Assembly: GCF_008189405.1 (NCBI RefSeq)
Contig: NZ_CP043316.1
Span: 558,258 to 622,257, forward strand
Reading direction: 5' to 3'
Length of the DNA stretch: 64,000 bases
Origin: Candidatus Cytomitobacter primus
Lineage (GTDB): Bacteria; Pseudomonadota; Alphaproteobacteria; CAJXXZ01; 1604HC
Under the pieces are notes generated by a model. The model saw only the letters and a program-made list of their open reading frames with translations, was not told the DNA's origin and ran no database searches. A program made the position numbers and the translations under genes. Within the stretch, counting starts at the first letter, position 1, and every line of letters starts with the position of its first letter. Positions 10,623 to 20,476 of this stretch are shown here, one piece after another.

Positions 10623-12233
10623 ATGAAGAATCTAAGAATTTTATCACTGGTATTATGCTTATCAGTTATGGCAAATGGCCCAGAATTAACGGAATGCACA
10701 AGTAAGTTTGCATATTGTTTGAAGAGTCCTGGTCTCGCAACAGAAGATGCTGTGCAAACCAATCAAATGGAAAAATATACTCAAGCAATTTATGATGAGT
10801 ATAATCAATATGCATTAAGCATTATTCCAAGCTTGGAAGGCAAGAAGTTAAATGTAATTAATATGATGCAAATAGGATATGAAACAAACGAAGATGATGC
10901 AGAAGAACGAGCAGAATATATTAATGATTTAAATGAAGGATCACTGGAAGAATTATATGAAGGATTAACAGAAATTGAAGAACACACTATTCTGCGATAC
11001 GTTTATGAATCTCGTCCTTACATAATGAAGCAGAGTGCTCGCTATGCGGAGTTAGCAGATGCGTATGGTAATTATGACATGGATGGGGATGTATTCAAAA
11101 ATGCTGTGTATCTTGCTGACAGGTCTCAAAATGGAACATTAGAAGTTGATTGGGACTTAGAATCAGATAGGTTGGAAGCTCATAGTTTGTACTACAATTC
11201 AATATATGAGTACAACCTAGAAAATCCAGGATTATCGATGCTGAGCGATAAAGCGGAAGCAGCAAAGGTTAATGCAACTATTTTACAATCCCTATCAAAA
11301 GACAAGGAACATTTTACAAACATTGCAAAGCATATTGCGTTAAAGAAGATGGCAGTTGAGGCGGCAAAAGGCTTGGAGAAATTTAAAATCATGCTTGATG
11401 AGGTTGTTAGACAGGATGCATCTTGGAATGTAATTAGAACTGTCAAGGTAGGGAATGCTATGCAAAAGCATTTTAAGGAGGCTGATAAGTATGTTAGCTG
11501 CCAATCATGGATTCAAGTAACAGATGAAGGAAGTGGCATTGGAACTTATAGAACTATTTTTGGAAGTAAAGATAGAATAAAATTTGCTGAGATCATAGAT
11601 TTATTTAATACAGATAGAGCAAAATGCAAAGAAACTGTTTTGTGTAGATTTAGCAAAGGTTTAGAAAACTATAATAATGATTTTAATAGATTATTGCTAT
11701 ACCCAGATTTCAACATAAGATTTGATCAATTAACTGAGATGACTGTTAATGCACTAGAGGATATGTTAAATGCAATTATTAGGAGTAAGCTTTATTATAA
11801 AGTTGGAAATGGAGGAGGAGACCGAAAATTCCAAGCATATTATCCCGGGGAGGAGCGTAGAGGTGACGTTGAGTTTTTCAAGAAGGATTATGCTGACTGG
11901 TATGCAAAATCTGATGGAGACAAGGCTGTTACAGCATTAAGAAAAGAAGAAGCTGCTAAGCTTGCGAAGGAACGTGATCATGAGGATTATATCGTACACT
12001 TGTTTGACAGAGCAGAGGAATTGCTGAATGGATACGAAGGTGATAAGGACATGATGGGAGAGATCTTTGGAAACTTCTTGTTCTTAAGATGGGCAGAATA
12101 CAAGGAGAATGCTAGAGGGCGAGACTTCATGAACAGTGCAAAGGATGCATTAGAGGGCATGTTAAAACTGGAATCTTCAGACATTGAAAAACTAAATGCA
12201 ATCTCAAACGAAAAAATCAAATCCCTGCAATAA
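10623..12233 (+). CDS. secreted mosaic paralogue family protein, copy 1 (unknown function)
   Basis: 536 aa. Sec signal peptide MKNLRILSLVLCLSVMA|NGPEL. Conserved central block (LRYVYESRPYIMKQSARYAELADAYGNYDMDGDVF...) and conserved C-terminal block (YYPGEERRGDVEFFKKDYADWYAKSDGDK...) shared almost base-for-base with copies at 23735-25070 and 28899-30497. No recognisable domain. Confidence 0.85.
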   Translation: MKNLRILSLVLCLSVMANGPELTECTSKFAYCLKSPGLATEDAVQTNQMEKYTQAIYDEYNQYALSIIPSLEGKKLNVINMMQIGYETNEDDAEERAEYINDLNEGSLEELYEGLTEIEEHTILRYVYESRPYIMKQSARYAELADAYGNYDMDGDVFKNAVYLADRSQNGTLEVDWDLESDRLEAHSLYYNSIYEYNLENPGLSMLSDKAEAAKVNATILQSLSKDKEHFTNIAKHIALKKMAVEAAKGLEKFKIMLDEVVRQDASWNVIRTVKVGNAMQKHFKEADKYVSCQSWIQVTDEGSGIGTYRTIFGSKDRIKFAEIIDLFNTDRAKCKETVLCRFSKGLENYNNDFNRLLLYPDFNIRFDQLTEMTVNALEDMLNAIIRSKLYYKVGNGGGDRKFQAYYPGEERRGDVEFFKKDYADWYAKSDGDKAVTALRKEEAAKLAKERDHEDYIVHLFDRAEELLNGYEGDKDMMGEIFGNFLFLRWAEYKENARGRDFMNSAKDALEGMLKLESSDIEKLNAISNEKIKSLQ

Positions 12234-12290
12234 TATGTCTGTATTAATCCATAAACTTAACAAACCTATATAAGATTAAGGAATTAATAT
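11761..12290 (+). repeat. conserved 3' block of the paralogue family, copy 1 (~530 bp including ~55 bp past the stop)
   Basis: Near-identical to the reverse complement of 23690-24241 (one visible silent mismatch) and highly similar to ~30040-30510. Confidence 0.8.
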
Positions 12291-12983
12291 ATTTGATTTC
12301 CTACTTAAAGCTCATTTATGGAAGTTAAATATAGTAGTTTTCAGATTATTTATTTTCAGAGCATATGCAAGTATTATCATGAAATTATATAAAACAAGAA
12401 AATATTATTATGCATTCCCTAAGCTGTTAAGATGAAGTTGCTTTATAATGGAGTGAAAATCATAGCTCTCGTGAAATAAATACTTATCTTATGGAATGAG
12501 TTAGTTACATTAGGCAAAACTCAGTCTATAATCTTTTAATGTACCGAGTCCTTTCTCAGCAAATCACTAAAAAATATAAGTTTACTGTAGAAATATTGTG
12601 CACGGCTGATACTGCCACATCATTCTAATATGGTGAATTATATATATTAGAAAAGATAAAGAAAATTCTAAGTTAAATTAAAAAAACATTCAAAATCATC
12701 TGAATATTATTTGCTATAATTATAAAATCAATAAGCGAAAATCATGCATAAGCAAACTTCTAATAAAAACATTAATTGAAAGGGGAATTATAAAAGTTTT
12801 GAAGCATTATGCTTTGAGTTATAAATATATGGTTTGTATGATTTAACAAATATGCAAATGAAGAAAATCAAAACATATCATAGCATGGAAGAAATCAGCC
12901 ATAGGATAACAAACAAAATCACATAATAACTTACAAATGCAAAAATCTAATCTACTAGCTATTTAGATAAATTGGATTTTAGA

Positions 12984-13694
12984 TTATTTTGTTGTTTCAT
13001 TATCAGATTGCTTTGACTCTGATTTATCTGATTTTGGTTTATCTTCAGATTGAGCATCGTTTTGTTCAATGCTTTTTCTTGAAACAATTATGTTCCATTT
13101 TCTTTCCATTCTAATAATGAAGAAAGGAAGTTTTTTATTTCTCATGGTTTGCAATATATTGGAAGACTTTCCACCTATTGATCTAAATTCAATTTGACTT
13201 GAAGGAAGAAATGCTTTCACACCCCACGGAAGTAAAGCAACTATAAACCCACCACGTACTTTTTCTATAATAGTTCCTTCAACCAATTTTTTGCTTTGAA
13301 AAATATCTTCTAATTCTTTCCAAGATCTAATATGGTTAACTTTAGAAAAACTAACTACTAAAGATCCATTAGAATCTTCGTGTTTTTCGATCCAAACTGA
13401 AATCAAATCTCCAAGATTAGGAACCTCTCCAAATCCATTAATTTTGAATTCGTTTATATCTATTTTACCTTCGGCTTTAATGCCAATATTAACCCATACA
13501 TAATCTTTAGTAATGCTACTTACTGTAGCTTGAACTATGCTTTTTTCTCTGGGCATAGAAGATAACTTAGTCAGTTCTGACATTGCACTTACGTGTTCTG
13601 ATTTAACCTCTACTATTTGATCGTATTTTGTTTGCTTTGGTTTTAAACTATGCATGTCAACATTATATTCCAACACTTTGTTATAATCAAGCAT
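12984..13694 (-). CDS. S1 RNA-binding domain protein (RpsA-like, short)
   Basis: 236 aa. Two S1-like OB segments (ATVSSITKDYVWVNIGIKAEGKIDINEF and VEGTIIEKVRGGFIVALLPWGVKAFLPSSQIEF). Lys/Ser/Asp-rich tail. Confidence 0.5.
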   Translation of the reverse strand: MLDYNKVLEYNVDMHSLKPKQTKYDQIVEVKSEHVSAMSELTKLSSMPREKSIVQATVSSITKDYVWVNIGIKAEGKIDINEFKINGFGEVPNLGDLISVWIEKHEDSNGSLVVSFSKVNHIRSWKELEDIFQSKKLVEGTIIEKVRGGFIVALLPWGVKAFLPSSQIEFRSIGGKSSNILQTMRNKKLPFFIIRMERKWNIIVSRKSIEQNDAQSEDKPKSDKSESKQSDNETTK

Positions 13695-13753
13695 ATTAGT
13701 AGATATTGCTAAAAATGCACATATAATATATAGATTAGAGGTAAAGGAGTTTT

Positions 13754-15271
13754 ATGAATCAAAATATAAAAGCTAATATGTTGAGCAATTTGCTTGGCAA
13801 AATAGTTAGCTTGTTCTTTCCTATTAAGAAAACAGAAATTAAGAAATACCTTCCTACAGCTATGATGATGTTTATCATTTTATTTAACTATAACGTTGTA
13901 AGAACTTTGAAAGATGCTTTGATCATTGCAGACAGAATATCTGGAGCGGAGGCTGTGAACTTTTTGAAAACATTTGTTGTATTGCCTGCTTCTATTATTT
14001 TTGTGCTTTTGTATAGCAAAATAAGCAATATGTTTAGTAAAACCAATGTGTTTTATGTATGTATCGCGCCATTTATTGTATTTAATATTGTATTTACTTA
14101 TATTTTATACCCTAATGTGGGTTCATTACACCCATCTGCTGAGAGTATTCAAGCTTTGAAGCTTGCTTATCCTAAGCTAAGATCAGTATTTCCTGCGTAT
14201 GGATTATGGACTTATTCTTTGTACTACACATTCTCAGAATTATGGGGAACAGTTGGTATGACATTATTGTTTTGGCAGTTTGCAAACAGAATTGTGAAGA
14301 GTGAAGAATCCAAGAGATTTTACCCATCATTTGGTTTGGTTGGTAATATCGGATTCACAATCGCATCATTTATGGTTATGAATGTTGTTTCTTCACCATC
14401 ATCATTTGCGCAGAATTTTACGTATATTATGAATGTTGTAATCATTTTAAGTCTTGTATTAGTCGCAATATATTGGGGTATCAACAAATATGTACTTACA
14501 GATGAAGATATTGATTGCAATATAAATAAACCTAAAAAGAAGAAAGTAAAGCCTTCATTAGTTGAAAGTTTTAAAATTATATTTTCATCTAAATACTTGG
14601 GATGTATCATGCTTTTGATTTTTTCTTATAACTCTATGATTAATTTAGTAGAAGTTACTTGGAAGAGCCAGGTAAAAGCTTATACATTTTCAAATGATGC
14701 AGAAGCTGCAAGATCAGGTTATACAGCATTAATTGCTAAAACAAATGCATATACCGGATCAGTTTCTATATTATTATTTGCAACAGCAAACTTTTTGTTG
14801 AGTAGATTTAAGTGGGCTGTATCTGCTTCTATTACTCCAATAATCATGGTTTCTACATCCATATTGTTTTTCTTGTTCACAGTATTTCCTAAATTTGCTG
14901 GACCATTAACAAGTATGTTGTCAGTAACACCATTGTTCTTGGCAGTTATTATGGGTGCAATCCAAAATGTTGCAAGTAAAAGTACTAAGTACTCTTTATT
15001 TGACCCTACAAAAGAAATGACATATATTCCTTTGGATTCTGAATTGAAAAGTAAAGGTAAGGCTGCAGTAGACATTGCTGGAAGCAGGATCTCTAAATCA
15101 TTTGGTGGATTAGTACAGTTATTCTTACTATTCGTTACTGGAGGAAGTCAGTTAGATATTGCTCCTTATCTAATGATCTTTATTGTTACAATTGGAGTGA
15201 TTTGGTTTGTAGCTATTAAGCTATTATCAAAACAATATGATGAAGCTTTAAAATCCGATAAGTGTGAATAG
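13754..15271 (+). CDS. tlc: ATP/ADP translocase (nucleotide transporter Tlc/NTT family)
   Basis: 505 aa polytopic membrane protein. N-terminal KKYLPTAMMMFIILFNYNVVRTLKDALII matches the Rickettsia/Chlamydia Tlc signature. Confidence 0.8.
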   Translation: MNQNIKANMLSNLLGKIVSLFFPIKKTEIKKYLPTAMMMFIILFNYNVVRTLKDALIIADRISGAEAVNFLKTFVVLPASIIFVLLYSKISNMFSKTNVFYVCIAPFIVFNIVFTYILYPNVGSLHPSAESIQALKLAYPKLRSVFPAYGLWTYSLYYTFSELWGTVGMTLLFWQFANRIVKSEESKRFYPSFGLVGNIGFTIASFMVMNVVSSPSSFAQNFTYIMNVVIILSLVLVAIYWGINKYVLTDEDIDCNINKPKKKKVKPSLVESFKIIFSSKYLGCIMLLIFSYNSMINLVEVTWKSQVKAYTFSNDAEAARSGYTALIAKTNAYTGSVSILLFATANFLLSRFKWAVSASITPIIMVSTSILFFLFTVFPKFAGPLTSMLSVTPLFLAVIMGAIQNVASKSTKYSLFDPTKEMTYIPLDSELKSKGKAAVDIAGSRISKSFGGLVQLFLLFVTGGSQLDIAPYLMIFIVTIGVIWFVAIKLLSKQYDEALKSDKCE

Positions 15272-15439
15272 AAAATCTTTTCTTTTTAAATGCATTGAGT
15301 GCTTTAATTAGTATTTCATTATCATTGTTTTTTTATCTTTATCTTATTTATTTAATTTTAACTTTTAATTTTTAACCTGATAATGATTAATCATTATATT
15401 TCTATTACAATATGATTTTCTTTATGAAATAATAAAATT

Positions 15440-16420
15440 ATGTTTAATATCGCAATTATCGGGGCTACAGGTCTTATTGGTAGATCTATTATAGATGTAT
15501 TACATGAGCGCGCATTTCCAATTAAGAATTTATACTTATTAAGTAGAGTAGAACAAGAAATTTCATTTAAAGATGAAGTATTAAAATGTACGAAGCTTGA
15601 GGACTTTGATTTTAAGTCTGTAGATATCATTTTTAATGCAACTGATAAAGATGTACTAATGAAATATATTGGCGAGATCACAGAATCTGGAGCATTTTTG
15701 ATTGATAAATCTGAAGCACTTAGAATGGATAAAGATATTCCACTTATTGTTCCAGAAGTTAATTCTGATCAATTAGATAGTTATATTACTAATAATAAAA
15801 TTATTTCTTCTCCAAATTGTGTAGCTATTCCTATGTCCATTATAATTAGAACATTGTCACATAAAACAGCAATTGAACAAATTTTCATGACCACATTTCA
15901 ATCTGTATCTGGAGCAGGCAATAATGGGACTAAAGCATTATTAGATGAAACAAAGAAAAGTTTTATGGCATCAAGTGTGAATGCAACTAATTTCGAAAAA
16001 AGCATAGCATTTGATATTTTGCCTAAAATCGGAAGTTTTAATTCTGACTTTACGACTTCTGAAGAATTGAAAATAAAACAGGAAATGCAGAAGATATTAA
16101 ATAATAAGTTAAATATCTGTGTAACATGCACTCGTGTGCCAGTACTAAAGGGACATGGAGTTGATTTGCATATTCCTTGTAAGTTTAAGGATAGAAATGA
16201 TGCAATTAAAGCACTAAAGAGCTCTGATGTGATTCACGTATGTGATAGAGATGATGCCTATATTACTCAGAAAGAATCCATAGGTGAGGATAAAATTTCT
16301 ATAAGCAGAGTGAGATATATTGATGGAATTTTAAGTATGTGGATTGCATATGATAATGTACGATTTGGTGGATCTGTAAATGGAGTGAAAATTGCTGAAG
16401 CAATTACAAAATCACTTTGA
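15440..16420 (+). CDS. asd: aspartate-semialdehyde dehydrogenase
   Basis: 326 aa. N-terminal Rossmann IAIIGATGLIGR, motif IVPEVN, catalytic SSPNCVAIP. Confidence 0.8.
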   Translation: MFNIAIIGATGLIGRSIIDVLHERAFPIKNLYLLSRVEQEISFKDEVLKCTKLEDFDFKSVDIIFNATDKDVLMKYIGEITESGAFLIDKSEALRMDKDIPLIVPEVNSDQLDSYITNNKIISSPNCVAIPMSIIIRTLSHKTAIEQIFMTTFQSVSGAGNNGTKALLDETKKSFMASSVNATNFEKSIAFDILPKIGSFNSDFTTSEELKIKQEMQKILNNKLNICVTCTRVPVLKGHGVDLHIPCKFKDRNDAIKALKSSDVIHVCDRDDAYITQKESIGEDKISISRVRYIDGILSMWIAYDNVRFGGSVNGVKIAEAITKSL

Positions 16421-16628
16421 TTGTAAAGAAAATAAAATAATAGCTGTACAGCATAGTAATAGCGCAATAATTGTAAAATATATTAACAATGAATAGTATA
16501 ATCGAAATTAATAAGATAAAGTAAAGCTAATATAATTTAATCATATAAGATGAAACAGAATAAAATATGTAGGGTAAAGTGCTTACACATTTACTAATAG
16601 AAAACTGCTATATGCTTTAATAGCGTAT

Positions 16629-17021
16629 CTATTTAGGTTCATAATGTGTCCAATTAGAGAACATGCTATACGCTCTAATAATGTGTCCATCAGGATCTGA
16701 AACTGCAAAAGTACGACCATAACATTCATCAGTTGGTTTTTGCACAACTTTCACATCAAGCTCATTTTGCCATTTATCAAAAAACACATCTACATCTTCT
16801 GTAGATTTCACGTGGATTCCAATTTCAGAAAACCTTACAATAGAAGTGTCTGGAGTTCTGGTTCCTTCACATATTGCAAATGATGAGTCTGCACCAGCTG
16901 CAAATTCTACATAACCAGGGTTAGCAAATACAGGTTTAGCATCAAACAGCTTTTCATAAAAAGCAGTTGAAGATTCCATATTAGATACATAAATAATTTG
17001 TAAATTTGGTCTAATTGTCAT
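16629..17021 (-). CDS. glyoxalase/VOC family protein
   Basis: 130 aa. Paired beta-alpha-beta-beta-beta-like segments typical of lactoylglutathione lyase-like VOC proteins. Confidence 0.45.
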   Translation of the reverse strand: MTIRPNLQIIYVSNMESSTAFYEKLFDAKPVFANPGYVEFAAGADSSFAICEGTRTPDTSIVRFSEIGIHVKSTEDVDVFFDKWQNELDVKVVQKPTDECYGRTFAVSDPDGHIIRAYSMFSNWTHYEPK

Positions 17022-17168
17022 TAAATTTTTTCCTTTGAATTAGAAATAACACTAATTATACCTTTAAACAAGAGTGCTAAATGTGCAAATAATTGCTTTT
17101 CCTCATGGCAAAACATATTCCATTTTAACTAGATATGCATGAATATTCATTATTATATATAGATGCAT

Positions 17169-17879
17169 TTAATTTAAAGATGTGATTTCGCTTAAGTTGT
17201 TGATAAAAGCTTGCATTGTAAATAATCCTGGGTTTTGATTTACAAGCCATTCACATACTTTCAAAGCATCATTTGCATAAATTTTGCGATTAAATACTTG
17301 ATGCTCAAATCGAATCATTTCTTGATTGTTTAAACCAAGGAATTGATGCATAGACATATTATCTCCTGCTCTTAAAGACCATATTTGATCAGCTTGTATT
17401 TTATCATGAAGCTGCTTAGTAGTCCCAGATGGATTGTCTGCTTTGTTTTTATGGTGTACTTCTCCAATTGAAACTGCAAGATTTCTTATTTTATTAATTT
17501 TCTCAATAGAAGATTGAATAATACTCCATGAAATTGATGTGTTTGGAGCCCATAGAATTGGAATAATATTTTGATATGCTTTGTAATCAGATGCAGTATG
17601 ACTGCCTGTAGTTCCAATAAGGATTGGTATATTGTATTGAACAGCTGATTTAATATTATTTAATGTGGATTGATGATTGGAGAAATCCAGAATCACATCA
17701 GCTCCTTTTTCAATATGATTTGATATCTTTGTATTATTTTGCGTTAGTGCAACCCCATGATACTGAGTATTTTCCCTAATAACCGCAGAGTGTATTATTA
17801 TGTTTTGCATTTGAGCAATTTGGATAATAGCTTGACCCATTCTACCATTTGCACCTACTATACATATTTTCATAATCAT
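17169..17879 (-). CDS. dapB: 4-hydroxy-tetrahydrodipicolinate reductase
   Basis: 236 aa. N-terminal MKICIVGANGRMGQAII NAD(P)-binding motif. Length and layout fit DapB. Confidence 0.65.
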   Translation of the reverse strand: MIMKICIVGANGRMGQAIIQIAQMQNIIIHSAVIRENTQYHGVALTQNNTKISNHIEKGADVILDFSNHQSTLNNIKSAVQYNIPILIGTTGSHTASDYKAYQNIIPILWAPNTSISWSIIQSSIEKINKIRNLAVSIGEVHHKNKADNPSGTTKQLHDKIQADQIWSLRAGDNMSMHQFLGLNNQEMIRFEHQVFNRKIYANDALKVCEWLVNQNPGLFTMQAFINNLSEITSLN

Positions 17880-17901
17880 ATTTTAACATCGATCAGATTA
17901 T

Positions 17902-18708
17902 ATGCATATGAATTTACATTCAATGTTTTATTATTCAGCTGATTCTGTTAAGTTTGATCTAATGATTACAGAATATATATTACATGGCATATTTGAAGCT
18001 TTTCCGGTTAGTTCTTCGATGCACTCAATGTTATTTAATTATGCAATGCAAAATAGCTATGTTATGCAAAATATTGGCATAATTGGGATATTACATGGCA
18101 TCACAGCAATTGTGACAATTGTATATTTTCATAAAAGTATAATTAAGTTATTAATAGATTTTATAAAACCAGGTCATTACAATTTTCTTTCTTGGAAACT
18201 ATGTTTGATTCTACTACCTAAATTATTATTTGGATTTATTTACAGAAATGCGAATTTCCCTTTTTCTTTTTATACAATAATTGCATTTGGACTGCTACTT
18301 GCCTTTTATGATATTTATTCCCATCAAAATAAAAAAGCTCATGAAATATCTTATATGCAGTCTATTTTTATTAGTTTTCTAAGTTTATTTGCATTCTTAC
18401 CGGGAGCAAGTAGTTTAGGAACTTACTATACAGCTTTTAGAGCATGCAACATTAATAGGAAGGAATCTCTTGATTATGCATTTATTTTGAATGTGATCCC
18501 ATCTATAGGTGCATTTGTGTTAAGATTTACTTATGTTGAAGTAAATTTAGTACGAATTTTTACTTGCATGTTTGTATACTTATTTGCACTAATTCTTTGT
18601 AGAAAATTAATAAATTATTTATATTTGCTAGGTATTTATAGAGTGATTATAGGAATATGGGTATGTCAAAACATAAATATACAAAAATACTTTTACTGTG
18701 CTTTTTAA
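17902..18708 (+). CDS. uppP: undecaprenyl-diphosphatase (BacA/UppP family)
   Basis: 268 aa polytopic. EAFPVSSSMHS block resembles the UppP TEFLPVSSTGH motif and PGASSLGT resembles PGxSRSG. Somewhat divergent. Confidence 0.5.
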   Translation: MHMNLHSMFYYSADSVKFDLMITEYILHGIFEAFPVSSSMHSMLFNYAMQNSYVMQNIGIIGILHGITAIVTIVYFHKSIIKLLIDFIKPGHYNFLSWKLCLILLPKLLFGFIYRNANFPFSFYTIIAFGLLLAFYDIYSHQNKKAHEISYMQSIFISFLSLFAFLPGASSLGTYYTAFRACNINRKESLDYAFILNVIPSIGAFVLRFTYVEVNLVRIFTCMFVYLFALILCRKLINYLYLLGIYRVIIGIWVCQNINIQKYFYCAF

Positions 18709-20369
18709 TTGTTGGATGTGATAAGAAATCTGATAAGAAAGAAACAATTAATTCAAAGATAGCTTCTAGTATACAAAAAGAAGATTGGTATGCAGCCTCG
18801 AAGCTGCTTAATTTACATTTAAACATGAAAAGCTCTGCTTCAATGCATCTAGCAAATGGTTTTATTTACGATAAACTTGCAAAGCAAGATCCATCCTATG
18901 CAGGATTATCAGTTATTGCATATAAAAGAGCATTGAATTTAGATCCAAATAATTGGTCTGCTTCATTAGCAATCGGTAAATATTATATGAGAGAACATGA
19001 TTACTTAAAGGCGATCAGCGCATTTGCAAAGACATTGACTTCTAATGAAAATAATTTCGAAGCATTATATGGAATGGCAAATGCTGCATATGCAACCAGA
19101 AACATTACATTAGCAAAAAATTGCATAGATAAAGCTATTGATTTACGTGGTGATAATAAATTAGTGAATAGGTTGGCTGCATTGATTTATGCTGCACAAA
19201 ATAACTCTCGAGCAGATAAATATGCAAATAAATATGCATTTATGGAAGATGACTTGTATGAAATTAAATATTTAAGAGACAGGATTCAAGACTGGAAGAA
19301 AACTCATAAAAAAATGAGATACAATCCTAATTTCATGAAATCTTTTGATAGCCCTGATACAAATCAGAAGGATGAAAATATTACAATTGAGTGTGTAATT
19401 CTAAGCTTTAATGAGTCAGGTGCATTTTCTCGTGGAAATAATTTCTTAGAAACTTTACAAGAATTTAAAAGAGATGAATTTACTAAAGGGTTAAGTATCA
19501 GAATGGGAAATAACTCACAAGTTGAAACTGGGTTAGCTTCTAGTCCTGTATATAGTAATAATCAAGATAAGAAATATATATTTGATAATGGGAAATGGAT
19601 TTTAAGTCCAGATCTGAATGATCATAGTAAATTAATTAAGAAAGGTTTTTCAATTGGATTTGATAGCATTAGATATAATTTAAATATTCTGAACTCTAGC
19701 AGCTCTATAATTGATATAATTTCTAGGCCAATTATGCAGGTTTCATCAAAAAATGGTAAAGGTGCATTTGATTCTAATGATAAAAGTTTTGTAAATACTG
19801 GTGGAGATGTAGGTTCTGCATTATCAAATATTCCATCTGGAGTAAAGCTAGAAGTTGAAGCAAATCAGGTCGATAAGGACCATATTATGTTAGGTGTAAT
19901 GTTGGAAATAAGCAAAACAACCTTCAAAAACAACATTGGATCTCTGAATGATAATGCTAATGTGATTAGTGCTCAATTACAAACACAAATCAAAGCTAAA
20001 TTAAATGAAACAATGGTTATTGGTGGTGTATATAGTAATGTGAATGAATCTTCTAAATCAGGAGTTCCTGGCGCACAAAATATGCCATTATTAGATTTAG
20101 TGCTTGCAAATAAAAGTACTCATACTTCTAAAAAGTCTGTAATGATGCTATTAACTGCAAAAAACACACAAGAATCTAAAGTGATGGAAGTTGATATTGA
20201 TCGCATGGAAAACGTTGTTCTATTAAAACAAAGTGAGCCATCATTCTTTAAGCACAAATATAATAGAGAAAAAACTATAAAACAACAAGTACATGCATAT
20301 AGAAGAGAGGATATAAAGTCGCTTAATATATCTAATAATACAATACAATCATTTGCTGAAAGAATATAA
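18657..20369 (+). CDS. TPR-repeat lipoprotein with C-terminal secretin-like domain
   Basis: 570 aa. Lipobox LIVGC. TPR-like repeats from about aa 40-200. The C-terminus (ETMVIGGVYSNVNESSKSGVPGAQNMPLLDLVLANKSTHTSKKSVMMLLTAKNT) matches the secretin C-terminal signature (GGL...VP.LgdIP.lG.LF...eLlifitP). Confidence 0.5.
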   Translation: MGMSKHKYTKILLLCFLIVGCDKKSDKKETINSKIASSIQKEDWYAASKLLNLHLNMKSSASMHLANGFIYDKLAKQDPSYAGLSVIAYKRALNLDPNNWSASLAIGKYYMREHDYLKAISAFAKTLTSNENNFEALYGMANAAYATRNITLAKNCIDKAIDLRGDNKLVNRLAALIYAAQNNSRADKYANKYAFMEDDLYEIKYLRDRIQDWKKTHKKMRYNPNFMKSFDSPDTNQKDENITIECVILSFNESGAFSRGNNFLETLQEFKRDEFTKGLSIRMGNNSQVETGLASSPVYSNNQDKKYIFDNGKWILSPDLNDHSKLIKKGFSIGFDSIRYNLNILNSSSSIIDIISRPIMQVSSKNGKGAFDSNDKSFVNTGGDVGSALSNIPSGVKLEVEANQVDKDHIMLGVMLEISKTTFKNNIGSLNDNANVISAQLQTQIKAKLNETMVIGGVYSNVNESSKSGVPGAQNMPLLDLVLANKSTHTSKKSVMMLLTAKNTQESKVMEVDIDRMENVVLLKQSEPSFFKHKYNREKTIKQQVHAYRREDIKSLNISNNTIQSFAERI

Positions 20370-20476
20370 TAAATATGGTTAAATTATATGATATCTGTAT
20401 AGTGAATTTAACTTAATTTTTGCTCAATAATACATTAAGGGCTTGATTAACCCAAAATTTATGGTAGATTAGTACC

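Noticed and set aside
10574-10762. 62-aa antisense ORF (and its 133-aa counterpart at 28850-29251) conserved between family copies
   Set aside because: Conservation comes from the near-identical nucleotide blocks of the sense genes (promoter and signal-peptide region), not from independent coding constraint.
11192-11446. 84/103/66-aa antisense ORFs at 11192-11446, 24193-24504 and 29453-29653
   Set aside because: Same explanation: antisense within the conserved central block of the family.
11987-12220. Identical 77-aa antisense ORFs at 11987-12220 (-), 23748-23981 (+) and 30251-30484 (-)
   Set aside because: They lie antisense inside the conserved 3' block of the paralogue family. Their identity is a by-product of ~99% nucleotide identity of that block. 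There is no start or RBS context of their own.
16440-16628. Possible intrinsic terminator between the convergent asd and glyoxalase genes
   Set aside because: Only short imperfect inverted repeats (e.g. GCT...AGC) without a convincing GC-rich stem and T-tract. Not enough to call by eye.
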